64,000 nt of DNA from Acidimicrobiia bacterium (GCA_965215185.1 OZ244034.1:2592001-2656000), one strand, 5' to 3'. Positions 30,830 to 41,539 are shown, numbered from the stretch's first letter. The notes: a model not told the origin generated them from the sequence alone. Program-made: numbers and translations.

Positions 30830-31954
30830 ATGCGCATAGCCAAGGTAACTCCCATTTCGGTTGCCTATCCCGAACCCAACGATTCGGGCGCCACCCGGCA
30901 TCTCACCTTTTGTCGAATCGAATCGACCGATGGGACTGTGGGATGGGGAGAGTCGGTGACCATGTGGCCGGAAGCCTGCCGGGCCACCGAGAAGATCATT
31001 GAGGGGATGGGTGAACTAATAGTTGGGCGGGATGTAGCCGACAACCGCGCCATCTGGCGGCAGTTGCGCGATCACATCTGGTGGTACGGATATCGCGGTG
31101 GGGTGTCATACTTTGCGCTTTCGGCCATAGACCTGGCACTGTGGGACTTGAAAGGAAAGGACCTGGGCCGATCCGTTCTCCAGATGCTGGGCGGCGCCGT
31201 GCAGGATTCTCTGCCGGCAATCGCCAGCACCCACGCCTTCCTTACCATGGAAGAGGAAGTCGAAAAACACGGCCGGTGGGTGCAAGAAGACGGATACCGA
31301 GGGGTGAAGATCGGAATGGGCAAAGCGGGAGCAACCCGCCTGGGGTACGAAGCCAAACGGGATATCGAATTTGTGCGACAACTTCGGGAAGCGGTGGGTC
31401 CCGACGCCTGGATCATGTTGGACCGCGGCGTCAAGTTGACCTGGGATCTGGAACACGCCATCCGGTTGATCCGCAAACTCGAAGAGTACGGGTTGCGATG
31501 GATGGAAGAGCCCTTCGAGCCCTACGAGTTCATCAACTACAAGAAGCTGCGAGGGGCCGTTAACACCATGCTGGCCTGGGGAGAGCGGGAGTGGGACGAA
31601 CGCGGCTACCGGGAGGTGATCGGCACGGGCACAGCCGACGTGGTGGGATGCGACCCGGGTCGGGTCGGAGGCATCACCGGAGCTCTGCAGACCATCCGGC
31701 TGGTGGAAGAGGCAGGAGTGTGGTTCAACGCCCACGCCTGGAGCAGCGCGGTGGTGACCTCGGCCAGCCTGGCGCTGTCCTTGAGCACCGACCGGTGTCT
31801 ACTCTTCGAGTTCAAACCCATCGAAAACCCCATGCAGCACGAGCTGGTCACCAACCCCATCGTCCATGATCGGGGAACCGTCAGGATTCCCCCCGAGAGG
31901 CCCGGCCTGGGTATTGACCTGCAAGAAAAGGTGATCCGCAAGTACAAGATGTGA
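30830..31954 (+). CDS. Mandelate racemase/enolase-superfamily enzyme
   Basis: GWGE, AIDLALWDLKGK, WMEEP, PGLG. Confidence 0.88.
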   Translation: MRIAKVTPISVAYPEPNDSGATRHLTFCRIESTDGTVGWGESVTMWPEACRATEKIIEGMGELIVGRDVADNRAIWRQLRDHIWWYGYRGGVSYFALSAIDLALWDLKGKDLGRSVLQMLGGAVQDSLPAIASTHAFLTMEEEVEKHGRWVQEDGYRGVKIGMGKAGATRLGYEAKRDIEFVRQLREAVGPDAWIMLDRGVKLTWDLEHAIRLIRKLEEYGLRWMEEPFEPYEFINYKKLRGAVNTMLAWGEREWDERGYREVIGTGTADVVGCDPGRVGGITGALQTIRLVEEAGVWFNAHAWSSAVVTSASLALSLSTDRCLLFEFKPIENPMQHELVTNPIVHDRGTVRIPPERPGLGIDLQEKVIRKYKM

Positions 31955-32016
31955 TTCAGGCCGCCCGCGCGGGCTGCACACGGAAGGCTGGGTTGGACTG
32001 AACCCAGGTCGCCCGA

Positions 32017-32874
32017 TCAGCGGTCGGTGCGATAGGGGTTGAGGAGGTCGGTGAGGGTGTCGCCCAGCAGGGTGAAAATCAGGACGGTCAAGAAGATGGC
32101 GCTTCCTGCTCCCACCGCCAGCCAGGGGTTGATGGAGATCAGGGTCTTTCCGGTGTTGAGCATGGCGCCCCAGGACGGCGCGGGCGGCTGAGCGCCCAGG
32201 CCCAGGAAACTGAGCGCCGCCTCGGGGAGGACCGCAGTGGCGAAGGTGAGGGTGAACTGCACCAGGATGATCGAGGTGAGGTTGGGCAAAAGCGACCGTT
32301 GCATCAGATAGATGTGGCTGGCCCCCAAGGCTCTCCCGGCCAGAATGAACTCGCTTTCCCGAAGGGACAGGGCCATACCGCGCACCAAGCGGGCGAAGCG
32401 GGGAATCTGGACGATGCCGATGGCGATGATGGTATTTCGTAGGTTGGTTCCCAGCACCGCCACCGTGGCCATGGCCAGGATGATGGGGGGAAACGCCAAC
32501 AGTCCGTCGGTAGTACGCATCATGATCGTGTCGGTGAGTTTGCCGAAGTAACCGCTGATAACCCCCATAGGCACTCCGAATATCACCGCAATCGCGGTGG
32601 AAGCAAAGCCCACATAAAGCGAGACTCGGGCACCGTAGATCACCCGACTGAAAATGTCCCTGCCAATCTCATCGGTCCCCAGCCAGAACTGGGCCGAAGG
32701 CAACTCAAAGGGATAGGCGACCGATTCGGTGGAACCGTACGGCGCCAGCAGATCGGCGAAAACCGCCACCAGCACCAGAGCCGCCACCATGGTCAAGGTG
32801 AACAGGTGCACCGGGTTGCGGACTATTGCCCTCCAAAGTTTGCGTTTCTCCGAGAACGGCGCCGGCGACGTCAT
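32017..32874 (-). CDS. Peptide/nickel ABC permease (DppC-like)
   Basis: LGTDEIGRD, LSFLGLG, PSWG. Confidence 0.9.
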   Translation of the reverse strand: MTSPAPFSEKRKLWRAIVRNPVHLFTLTMVAALVLVAVFADLLAPYGSTESVAYPFELPSAQFWLGTDEIGRDIFSRVIYGARVSLYVGFASTAIAVIFGVPMGVISGYFGKLTDTIMMRTTDGLLAFPPIILAMATVAVLGTNLRNTIIAIGIVQIPRFARLVRGMALSLRESEFILAGRALGASHIYLMQRSLLPNLTSIILVQFTLTFATAVLPEAALSFLGLGAQPPAPSWGAMLNTGKTLISINPWLAVGAGSAIFLTVLIFTLLGDTLTDLLNPYRTDR

Positions 32875-32896
32875 ATTGAGTTTCTGCCTTCTTTGT

Positions 32897-33844
32897 TCAT
32901 GAGCGGGAGATCCTTGGGTCGAGCCACGAATAGGTCAGGTCGACCAGCAGGTTGATGATCACGAAGGTGGCGGCTGACACCAGTACCGCGATCTGCACGA
33001 CGTCAAAGGCCCGGTTAAGGATGGATTGGATCATCAGCCACCCCAATCCCGGCCAGGTGAATATTTGTTCGATCACCACCATCCCTCCCACCAGCAGCCC
33101 GAAGTTGACTCCCACCTCCGTAATAAGCGGTATTGCGGCGTTCCGGAATGCGTGCCAGTAGTTCACCCGCCGTTCGGTCAGCCCTTTGGCGCGGGCGGTG
33201 CGCACGTAATCGGCCCGGAGAACCTCCAACATCCCGGCTCTCATGAACCGGGTGAGCCGGGCGGCGGTCACCGATCCAATGGTGATGACCGGCATGATTA
33301 GTTGGCTGAGGTGCTTGATCGGATCTTCTCCGAATGGAACATATCCACCGGGCGGAAGGAGGGGGAACACCTCTACCAGAAGGATGAGCAGACCGATTCC
33401 CATCACATAGGTGGGCATGCTGAAACCCAGGGTGGTGAAGACCCGGGCAGTGTGGTCAACCCAGGTCCCTTCCCGGATGGCGGAGATCATCCCCAGTGGA
33501 ATGGCTACCAAAACAGCCAGGATTATGGACAGCGTGGTCAGTTCCAAGGTGCGCCCCAAAGCCGGGAAAACCAGGCTGGAGACTTCGGCGCCTCCATGAG
33601 TGATCGAACTTCCAAAGTCCCCTCGAGCCAGGTTCCCCATCCATCGCAGATACTGGGTAGCGAGCGGGTCGTTGAGACCCATCTCCTCACGCAGCGCTTG
33701 GTAAGCCTCGGGTGGCGCGTCGAGACCGAGCGTCATGGCGGCGGGGTCACCCGGCACCAGCCGGAAGATTACGAACACGGCGGTGGACACTATCCACATC
33801 ACCAAAAGCCCGTGCAGCAGGCGACGGACGAGGTATCTGGTCAT
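32897..33844 (-). CDS. Peptide/nickel ABC permease (DppB-like)
   Basis: MTRYLVRR start at 33844, PGDPA, TARAKG, LDPRI; the long upstream ORF extension is spurious. Confidence 0.9.
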   Translation of the reverse strand: MTRYLVRRLLHGLLVMWIVSTAVFVIFRLVPGDPAAMTLGLDAPPEAYQALREEMGLNDPLATQYLRWMGNLARGDFGSSITHGGAEVSSLVFPALGRTLELTTLSIILAVLVAIPLGMISAIREGTWVDHTARVFTTLGFSMPTYVMGIGLLILLVEVFPLLPPGGYVPFGEDPIKHLSQLIMPVITIGSVTAARLTRFMRAGMLEVLRADYVRTARAKGLTERRVNYWHAFRNAAIPLITEVGVNFGLLVGGMVVIEQIFTWPGLGWLMIQSILNRAFDVVQIAVLVSAATFVIINLLVDLTYSWLDPRISRS

Positions 33845-34852
33845 GGCCCACCGACCGCGTTTGCTTCGCCACCCGGATAATGGCAGGCCACCATGGTCTT
33901 GGCCACCGACGCCAGCGGGGGATCCTGGTCCACGCACCTGTGGTCGCCGCGCCAACATCTGGTGCGGAACCGGCAGCCCGAAGGGGGATCCAAGGGATTG
34001 GGCAGGTCGCCGGTGAGGATGATCCGTTTGCGGGTTTGCCTGCCCAGAGCGGCCGAAATGTCGGGAACCGCCGAGAGAAGGGCGATCGTATAGGGGTGCT
34101 GCGGGGAGTTGAACACCTCGTCCCGGGGGCCTTCCTCGACTATCCGACCCAGATACATCACGGCCACCCGATCGGAGACCTGTCCTACCACCGACAGATC
34201 GTGGGCGATAAACAGGTACGCCAGGCCCAGTTCGTTTTGGAGGTCTTCCAGCAAGTTGAGAATCTGGGCCTGGATGGAGACATCCAGGGCTGACACCGGC
34301 TCGTCCAACACCAAAAGGGAAGGCTGAAGGGCCAAGGCTCTGGCGATGGCGATCCGCTGGCGCTGGCCGCCAGAGAACTCGTGGGGAAACCGCCGCAGGG
34401 AATCGGGAGGCAGTTGCACCAGGGAAAGAAGCTCCGGGATGCGCTTTCGGGCTACTTCTCGAGGTATGCCATGGATAGTGAAAGGCTCGAGGAGGATCTG
34501 TTGCACGCGAAAACGAGGGTTGAGGGAAGCGTAAGGATCCTGGAAGACAATCTGCATCTGTTGACGCAGCGGACGCATCTGCTGATGGTTGAAGTGAGTG
34601 ATCTCCTGTCCCGAAAAACTCAGGCTGCCGGCCGAAGGCTCTAGGAGTCGAAGGATCGTTCTCCCCAAGGTGGACTTGCCGCATCCCGACTCTCCCACCA
34701 ACCCCAAGGTTTGACCCGGCTTGATGGAGAGGGTGACGTTCTCCACCGCCACCAAAATGGTGGCCTTCTGAGCGCCGCTTCGGCGGATGTGATAACGGGT
34801 GGTGATATCCCGTACCTCCAGAATCGGCCCCTCCGGCGCCGTCTTTACTCAT
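33841..34852 (-). CDS. Peptide ABC ATP-binding protein (DppF-like) with a +1 frameshift at codon 3
   Basis: GESGCGKS, FSGGQRQR; removing one A at ~34845 gives MSKTAPEGPILEVRD in frame with 33841-34755. Confidence 0.82.
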
Positions 34853-35859
34853 GTTCCCCTCTCCTTAGCCCAAGAGGCCGCCTCGTCGGTGAAATGGCAG
34901 GCAGCCTGTTGGCCGGTCCCCAAATCCAGGAGTTGCGGAGTGTCAGATCTGCACACCGAACGTTCTCGTCCTATTGCGCAACGGGGATGGAAGGGACAGC
35001 CCGGCGGCACGTTGGCCATGTCAGGAGGCTGCCCGGGAATGGAGTAGAGCTTGGTCCGTTTACGTTGTATTGAGGGGATGGACGCCAGCAACCCGATCGT
35101 GTAGGGGTGCCGGGGCCGAGAAAAGATATCGGCGATGTTGCCCTCCTCAACGATGCGCCCGGCGTACATCACTATCACCCGGTCGGCTATCTGGGAGACC
35201 AGCCCCAGGTCGTGGGTGATGAGAATCGAGGCCGCCCCGGTCTCTTCACGAGCGGCTTTCAGTGTTTCGATCACCTGCGCCTGAATGGTGACATCCAGGG
35301 CGGTGGTCGGTTCGTCGGCGATCAGCAGTTTGGGCCGGTTGGCCATAGCCATGGCGATCATGGCCCGCTGTCGCATGCCACCTGAGTATTCGTGAGGGAA
35401 CTGGTTGTAGCGCCGTTCAGGTTGAGGAATGCCCACCATTTCCAACAACTCGACCCCGCGCCGCCGATGGGCGTCATTGGGACTTGATGGATTGTGGGTC
35501 CACAGTGCTTCTCGTATTTGTTCTCCCACCCGGATCACCGGATTCAGAGAGGTCATGGGATCCTGGAAAACCATGGAGATCTCCCGACCTCGGATAGAGC
35601 GCAGGGCTTCTGCCGAGAGTGAGAGCAGGTCCTTGCCTTCGAAGAGAGCCCGTCCGACGGTGATCTCTCCGGGCGGACGGGGGATGAGCCCAAGGATGCT
35701 GAGTACCGTCACGGTTTTCCCGGATCCGGATTCGCCCACTATCCCCAGGGTTTCTCCGGCGCCGATGGAGAAACTGACGCCGTTGACGGCATTGATCACC
35801 TGGTCGGGGGTGTTGAACCGGACGCACAACCTGTCCACGGTCAGCAGCGGAGCGTGCAT
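34849..35859 (-). CDS. Peptide ABC ATP-binding protein (DppD-like)
   Basis: GESGSGKT, YSGGMRQR, GCPFHPRC. Confidence 0.92.
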   Translation of the reverse strand: MHAPLLTVDRLCVRFNTPDQVINAVNGVSFSIGAGETLGIVGESGSGKTVTVLSILGLIPRPPGEITVGRALFEGKDLLSLSAEALRSIRGREISMVFQDPMTSLNPVIRVGEQIREALWTHNPSSPNDAHRRRGVELLEMVGIPQPERRYNQFPHEYSGGMRQRAMIAMAMANRPKLLIADEPTTALDVTIQAQVIETLKAAREETGAASILITHDLGLVSQIADRVIVMYAGRIVEEGNIADIFSRPRHPYTIGLLASIPSIQRKRTKLYSIPGQPPDMANVPPGCPFHPRCAIGRERSVCRSDTPQLLDLGTGQQAACHFTDEAASWAKERGT

Positions 35860-35898
35860 CTCGCTTGAAAGTACCTCGTCTCGGAAAATCTTGTGGAA

Positions 35899-35930
35899 GG
35901 GGAGGAAGACGCCGAAACATCTTCCTCCCC
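35899..35930. other. Intercistronic hairpin downstream of the SBP gene
   Basis: ggggaggaaga...tcttcctcccc inverted repeat, no U tail. Confidence 0.6.
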
Positions 35931-35947
35931 TCCGGGGATTGCTGTGG

Positions 35948-36856
35948 TTATCCGCCCTTGGAAACGTTGGTCAAGAACAGATGTCCTTGGGTATGAGCGA
36001 TAAAGCCCGAGACGTTGGCCGCCGCCGCAATCGGCGTGACCCGTCCACCCAGCACGATTTGGGGCTGTTCCTCCATCGCCCACAACTGCAACTGCTGCAT
36101 AGCGGCGTAATAGTCGTCGTCGGACGGTATGGACCGGACATTGGTCAGTAGCTCATAGAACTCCGGCTTTTGGTCGATCCATCCCAGCGTCTCGGTGAAG
36201 AGCTTGTTGTAGGGATGGTTCAACAGGTCATACTCGTCGGGCTTGGGAACCATGGCGCACAGGGCCAAGTCGAAGTTGCCGAAGTTGTCCAAGTCCTGGC
36301 TGAAGGCGATCAGGGTGCGGTTCACGTAAGTGCCCACATCCATGATGTTGAGCTCTATATCGATGCCAAGATTGGCCAACTGGCTCTGGACTCCCTGGGC
36401 CAGGGTGTCGAACTGGAATCCCAATCCGCACACGATCATCTCTCCACCATCGAACCCGTTGGCATAGCCGGCCTCGGCCAGAAGGGCCTTGGCGCCTTCC
36501 ACATCAGGCGTGTTGTACGATGGAGCGTCGGCGTTGAAGAAGGCGGGGTTGGCTTCCATCGGGTTGGAGATCAACTGCATGAAGCCGAACAGGCTCCGCG
36601 CCAGGCCCTGGCGATCCAAGGACATACTGACCGCCTTGCGAACCTGGGGGTTGGACCAGGGGTCGTGGCGGGTATTCACATGGAAGTGGTAGATACCCGA
36701 GTTGAAGCCCTCGGCCGGGCCCAGGATCTGCACACCGGCGCTCTGCAGGGTGCCGATCTCGCCCAGCGGCGTCGCGGCCAGCATGTCCACCTCACCGGTG
36801 CGGATCTGCAGCGACTGCACCGTACCGTCGAGAACCGTGCGATAGACGATCCCGTC
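35948..36856 (-). pseudogene. Family-5 ABC substrate-binding protein, C-terminal half
   Basis: Begins DGIVYRTVLDGTVQ; VRKAVSMSLDR, AKALLAEAG; continues from 62263-62772. Confidence 0.85.
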
Positions 36857-36997
36857 AGCTCCACCGGATTGGAGATGGTTTCCCAGGTCAGAGGCTTGGT
36901 CTCGCTACGGGTTATCACTTCTTCACAGCGGAGGCGGGCTTTCCCTGTCGCTGCCTCGATTGTTGCACGTGCCTTTACCTTGATGGACCCCTGTCGG

Positions 36998-37207
36998 CTA
37001 GTCGATCAGTTCTATGGCGCCGGTCGGGCAGGCTCGCACAGCCTTGCGCACATTGTCGATGAGCTGCGGCGGGATCGAATCGAGCCGAGCAGTCGAGTAT
37101 CCCTCGTCGGTCATTTCGAAGGCTTCCGGTGCGATGGCCACGCATTGTGCGACTCCCACGCATTCTTCGGTGACTCTTACACGGGAGGCTTCGCCGGTGC
37201 TTGTCAT
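36998..37207 (-). CDS. Ferredoxin (P450 partner, 3Fe-4S type)
   Basis: CVGVAQC...CPTGAI; start overlaps the P450 stop. Confidence 0.85.
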   Translation of the reverse strand: MTSTGEASRVRVTEECVGVAQCVAIAPEAFEMTDEGYSTARLDSIPPQLIDNVRKAVRACPTGAIELID

Positions 37208-38451
37208 TCTCGGGTTAGGGATGAGAGGACTGGCAGTGAGATCATTCCTCTGTGGGTCGTAACCGTGTGCCATTGAGGTCTGAAGTCTGGGTCGAGCCGT
37301 GGTGAAGGTACGTGGGTGAGGAGCGATTTGATAGCCACCGCGGTCTCGAGCCTGGCGACGGGCGCCCCGAGACAGAAATGGACGCCGCGGCCGAACGCGG
37401 CTTGTTGCTGGGGTGTGAAAGAGCGATGGATGTCGAACTTCTCCGGATCCTCGAAATGAGCCGGATCCCTGTTTGCCGCTGCAAGAACACAGACAACCCG
37501 TTCACCCGCTTGGATGATCTGTCCGCCGAGTTCGCAGGTCTCAATCGCCGTCCTTCTGTCTTTGGGGAGCGGAGATTCAAAGCGAAGACTCTCCTCCACG
37601 CAGTTGGCGATCAGCCTCTCGTCCTCCTCGACTTCGGCCAGCTGATCAGGATGCGAAAGGAGCAGGAATGCCGTGTTGCCGATTGATGCGGTGGTCGTGC
37701 CGTTGCCGGCGATGATCAGATGAAGACATGTGGCGATGGCCTCCGGCAGCGTGAGGTGGCCGGCGTCGATCATCTGAGCGGCTCGTGTTAGTACATCGTC
37801 TCGAGGTTGCTGGCGGCGTTCGTCGATCCAGGAGGTGAGCAGGCCATGCCATTTGGCGAGATTCTGATCGAAGTCGCGTGCACGATTGGGATCCGGCGGC
37901 GTGGCTCCGAAGAAGTGGCGCTGGTCCATAGTGACGCTCGGGATGTCCACCCGGTGAGACCGAGGAACTCCTACTACCTCGGAAACAACCTCCACGGGAA
38001 GTGGTTCCGCCAACTGGGTCACGACATCGACTATTTCATCATCAGCGGTGGCAGCCTCCATCAGCCGGTTGGCCGACGCGGTTATGGCCTCTTCGAAGTT
38101 CGCTACCACACGAGGGACGAAAGAACGTCCGAAGGCTCGCCGGAGCCGCAAATGATCGGGCGGGTCTGTGATATTCAGTTGAGCCACACCGAAGTGGTAG
38201 GCCAGCATCGCGTTCTCTTCGCGCACGGCTGGGTCCAGGTTGTTGATGTGGCTCAGCTCTGCTCCCATGCTGGAGAACATGTGAGGGTTGGTGAGTACCT
38301 CGTCCACGAGGTCGAAGGCGGTCACCAGCCATTGATTCAAGGTCGAGCTCCAGTAGACAGGTGACTCCTCCCGCAGCTTCTTGTAGATGTCATACTGTCG
38401 CGTTGCAAAATCAGCGGAAACCAGGGCGTTTTCGATCTCGGTAATGGGCAT
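37204..38451 (-). CDS. Cytochrome P450
   Basis: DPPDHLRLR, EESLR, ANRDP, FGRGVHFCLG heme motif. Confidence 0.95.
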   Translation of the reverse strand: MPITEIENALVSADFATRQYDIYKKLREESPVYWSSTLNQWLVTAFDLVDEVLTNPHMFSSMGAELSHINNLDPAVREENAMLAYHFGVAQLNITDPPDHLRLRRAFGRSFVPRVVANFEEAITASANRLMEAATADDEIVDVVTQLAEPLPVEVVSEVVGVPRSHRVDIPSVTMDQRHFFGATPPDPNRARDFDQNLAKWHGLLTSWIDERRQQPRDDVLTRAAQMIDAGHLTLPEAIATCLHLIIAGNGTTTASIGNTAFLLLSHPDQLAEVEEDERLIANCVEESLRFESPLPKDRRTAIETCELGGQIIQAGERVVCVLAAANRDPAHFEDPEKFDIHRSFTPQQQAAFGRGVHFCLGAPVARLETAVAIKSLLTHVPSPRLDPDFRPQWHTVTTHRGMISLPVLSSLTRE

Positions 38452-38640
38452 GAGGACCTAACTCGCCCGCAGGGCGGATCGTATCCTTACCAGGGGCATC
38501 AATTGCCAAGAAAACTGGATAATCATCTGTCAGGAAGCTCCCCCTCACACGGAGGGCTGTGGTGGAGACTAGCAGCCCTCCGTGTGACCCGGCCTTACTG
38601 GTTTGCGTGCGTACGGTTGTCCGAACCGGCAAATAGCTGG

Positions 38641-39420
38641 TCAGACCATAAGGTCGCCGCCGTTTATGTCCATCGAAGCCCCGGTGATGTAGGCGGCGCG
38701 GTCGGAGGCGAGGAAGGCGACAAGGTCTGCCACTTCGGTCGGTGATCCCAACCGTTGGATCGGGAAGCCAGACGCATACTCATCGGCTCGTTCTACAGAG
38801 ATCGTGCGTCTTGTCATTTCGGTGTCGAACAGCCCGGGACAGATGGCGTTGACGGTTATACCATGCACGGCGACTTCTTTGGCCACTGCCCGGGTCAGTC
38901 CGAGGATGGCGGTCTTTGCGGTCGTGTAGTGGGCGCCTCCCATGGTGCTCACGCTTTTCCCGGCTGTGGATGACATGTTGATGATCCGCCCCCAGCCTTT
39001 CCGCACCATGTCCGGAATCACTTCCTGGGTGCAGTGGAACGTGCCAGTGAGGTTTACCCCCATTACCCAATTCCATTCGCTCTCGGTGATGTCCACAAAG
39101 CGGGTGGGACGCAGGACTCCGGCATTGTTGACCAGGATGTCGATCGAACCTAGTTTCTCCCCGGCGATACCCACCATCCGTGAGACTTCGGCCCGATCAG
39201 TCACATCGGCGGCTACGGCCAGGGCAGCGGCTTCCATCTGACATAGCTCTTTCATGGTCGACGCCAGGTTGTCGACCTCCAGGTCATTGATCACCAAGTT
39301 GGCCCCGGAGCGGGCCAGGCGGAGCGAGATTGCCCTGCCCATCCCTTGGGCCGCGCCGGTTACCAGCGCCGTTTTTCCAAGAAGATCGTCGGATGTTGTG
39401 TTCAGTTGATTGTTATTCAT
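38641..39420 (-). CDS. Short-chain dehydrogenase/reductase
   Basis: TGAAQGMG, NNAG, YTTAK. Confidence 0.9.
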   Translation of the reverse strand: MNNNQLNTTSDDLLGKTALVTGAAQGMGRAISLRLARSGANLVINDLEVDNLASTMKELCQMEAAALAVAADVTDRAEVSRMVGIAGEKLGSIDILVNNAGVLRPTRFVDITESEWNWVMGVNLTGTFHCTQEVIPDMVRKGWGRIINMSSTAGKSVSTMGGAHYTTAKTAILGLTRAVAKEVAVHGITVNAICPGLFDTEMTRRTISVERADEYASGFPIQRLGSPTEVADLVAFLASDRAAYITGASMDINGGDLMV

Positions 39421-40423
39421 CTGGGGTCAATCCTCTTTGTGAGCGAGCCTCGGGGTTGACAAGATTCTTGGGTAACTGACCATCCAGGTAACGGATCGCC
39501 TCTTTCGCGGTGTTGATAGCGAGTTCATGGGAGGCGTCCTCGGAGAACCAGGCGGTGTGTGAGGTCACGAGAACGTTTGGCCGGCTGAGGATCGGATGGT
39601 CCAAGTCGGGGTCGGGCTCTCCGTCGAGCACATCCAGTGCAGCATACGAAACCGATCCCGATTCGATTGCCTCATCAAGTGCATCCAGATCGATAAGCCC
39701 TCCCCGGCTGGTATTGAGGATCACCACACCCTTGCGAGCCGTTTCAAAGCTGCGGGCATCCAGCAGATGGTGAGTCTCTTCGGTCAATGGGCAATGAAGC
39801 GAGACAATGTCCGATGTTGCTAAGAGCTCCTGCAGATCGACAGATGTCGTCCCCACCGCTTGGTGTTGTTGGGGTGGCAGGAAAGGGTCAAAGGTAACGA
39901 CATCCAGACCGAAGCTGGCCGCTCTGCGCGCCACCGATCGGCCGATTCTCCCAAAGCCCACGATGCCAAGGCGCCTGCCGTTTAGCCGGCGCATGGCAGG
40001 AAGGGTTGCGGTGACATGCCAGGAGCGCTTCTGCCGCCAGGTTGTCATGCACTCCGGCAGCCTCCGCATTGCCGAGAGCATCAGGAGCATCGTATGGTCG
40101 GCGACCTCGTCAACGCAGAAATCCGGTACGTTGGCAACCCAGATACCGGCAGCTGTGGCGGCTTCCACGTCGATCACGTCGTAGCCAATCCCAGCCCTGA
40201 TCAGCAGACCGGTTTCCTTCAGTTTGGAGATCTCCGCCGAAAAAAAGTGCATGCCCCCGATAATGACCACCGGTATCTGCGCTGCTCGGGCTGCGGCCTC
40301 GGCGGGTGTGACACCCGCATCAAGTACATGGACTTTCACCGAAGCAGCTTCGAGATGCTCTACAGCCGGTGCCAGGATTTCGGCTGCGTCGGTTACGAGA
40401 GCCTCTCGCGGTTCGATCCTCAT
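39413..40423 (-). CDS. D-2-hydroxyacid dehydrogenase (CtBP/PGDH-like)
   Basis: GFGRIG, LHCPL, NTSRG, LDVL.GEP, SHTAW. Confidence 0.9.
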   Translation of the reverse strand: MRIEPREALVTDAAEILAPAVEHLEAASVKVHVLDAGVTPAEAAARAAQIPVVIIGGMHFFSAEISKLKETGLLIRAGIGYDVIDVEAATAAGIWVANVPDFCVDEVADHTMLLMLSAMRRLPECMTTWRQKRSWHVTATLPAMRRLNGRRLGIVGFGRIGRSVARRAASFGLDVVTFDPFLPPQQHQAVGTTSVDLQELLATSDIVSLHCPLTEETHHLLDARSFETARKGVVILNTSRGGLIDLDALDEAIESGSVSYAALDVLDGEPDPDLDHPILSRPNVLVTSHTAWFSEDASHELAINTAKEAIRYLDGQLPKNLVNPEARSQRGLTPDE

Positions 40424-40487
40424 CGTGCCGCCTGCCTTTTTCGCCTAGGGATCGCGAAACCGGCTCCCCAGCCGCTGATCGGGGTAT

Positions 40488-41447
40488 TCACAGGCGTCCC
40501 GCGTCCTTGAGCAGATGGAGGATCTTCTTGGCGGCAAGTTGGTGCAGATCGCCGAGGGCCGAGGCTGATGCCCCGGCCATGTGCGGTGTCTGGATTACGT
40601 TGTTCCGGCCGGAGAGGGGGTCGCGCCTCTCCGGTGGCTCAGGATCTCGAACATCGAGAGCGGCTCCGGCCAGCCGGCCGCTGTCGAGTGCATCGACGAG
40701 CGCCTCTTCGTCGACGAGGCTTCCACGAGCGATGTTTATGAGCACGGCGCCGGGTTTGATAGCCGACAGGGTTTCGTGGTTAATCATCCTTATCGAGTCA
40801 GCGTTCAGCGATGCGCACAAGATCACGTTGTCGGATTCGGCCATAAGGTCTGAGAGTTCCATATGCGGCAGGAGAGGATCGGCGGCGGCCGGCGGGTAGT
40901 GGTGGTGAGCGACGGTGCGCATTCCGAAGGCCCGGGCCCGGATGGCTACCTCCCTTCCAACCCTCCCCGCGCCGATGATCCCGACGGTCTGGCCGTGGAG
41001 GCGGGGGATCTCCCAGACCTCGGGGAAGCGCCTCAGGTCCCATTCCCCGGAGGCGGCGGCAGCCGCCATTGGAACCAAGCGGCGGCGCAGGGCCAGCAGC
41101 AGAGCCATTGCATGCTCGGCCACCTCCTTGGTATTGGCCTGAACATTGGTGACCGCTATTCCGGCCTTCCTGGCAGCCTCGGCGTCGACTTGGTCCTTTC
41201 CGGAGCTGTAACAGAGGATTCCGACGCATCGCTTGAAACCCGCAATAAGCCGGCTGTCAACCTGGACCAGACTGCTTGAAACGACCACGTCCGCCCTTGC
41301 CACGAGGGTGTCCCGGTGTTCCTCATCCTCCGGCACGATAAGGTCGACTCCATGCGCGGCGAGGATTGAACGCTCGATCTCGTACGACCAGCCGTGAGAC
41401 CAGGTCAGGGGGTCGAGAATCGTCGCGACCGGTGGCTCAGACTCCAT
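40488..41447 (-). CDS. D-2-hydroxyacid dehydrogenase
   Basis: GAGRVG, NIARG, LDV..PEP, TPHMA. Confidence 0.88.
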   Translation of the reverse strand: MESEPPVATILDPLTWSHGWSYEIERSILAAHGVDLIVPEDEEHRDTLVARADVVVSSSLVQVDSRLIAGFKRCVGILCYSSGKDQVDAEAARKAGIAVTNVQANTKEVAEHAMALLLALRRRLVPMAAAAASGEWDLRRFPEVWEIPRLHGQTVGIIGAGRVGREVAIRARAFGMRTVAHHHYPPAAADPLLPHMELSDLMAESDNVILCASLNADSIRMINHETLSAIKPGAVLINIARGSLVDEEALVDALDSGRLAGAALDVRDPEPPERRDPLSGRNNVIQTPHMAGASASALGDLHQLAAKKILHLLKDAGRL

Positions 41448-41539
41448 AAACACCTTCGTAGAGAAACGTGCAGTTGCGACGAGCGGGTTCCATGGCTCCT
41501 GGACTACAGTACAGACCAGACGATCGACTAACAAACAGT

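Noticed and set aside
34849-34851. TGA readthrough or selenocysteine fusing DppD and DppF (same frame)
   Set aside because: An RBS plus ATGA overlap and a single extra A explain it more simply; no SECIS-like element seen
32897-34852. 651 aa ORF as a novel permease fusion
   Set aside because: Its N-terminal half is an off-frame reading of the DppF-like gene caused by a +1 shift at ~34845; the permease starts at 33844
36840-36900. tRNA-derived attachment site for the island
   Set aside because: No tRNA-like sequence or long direct repeat at either end; only a 4-bp overlap
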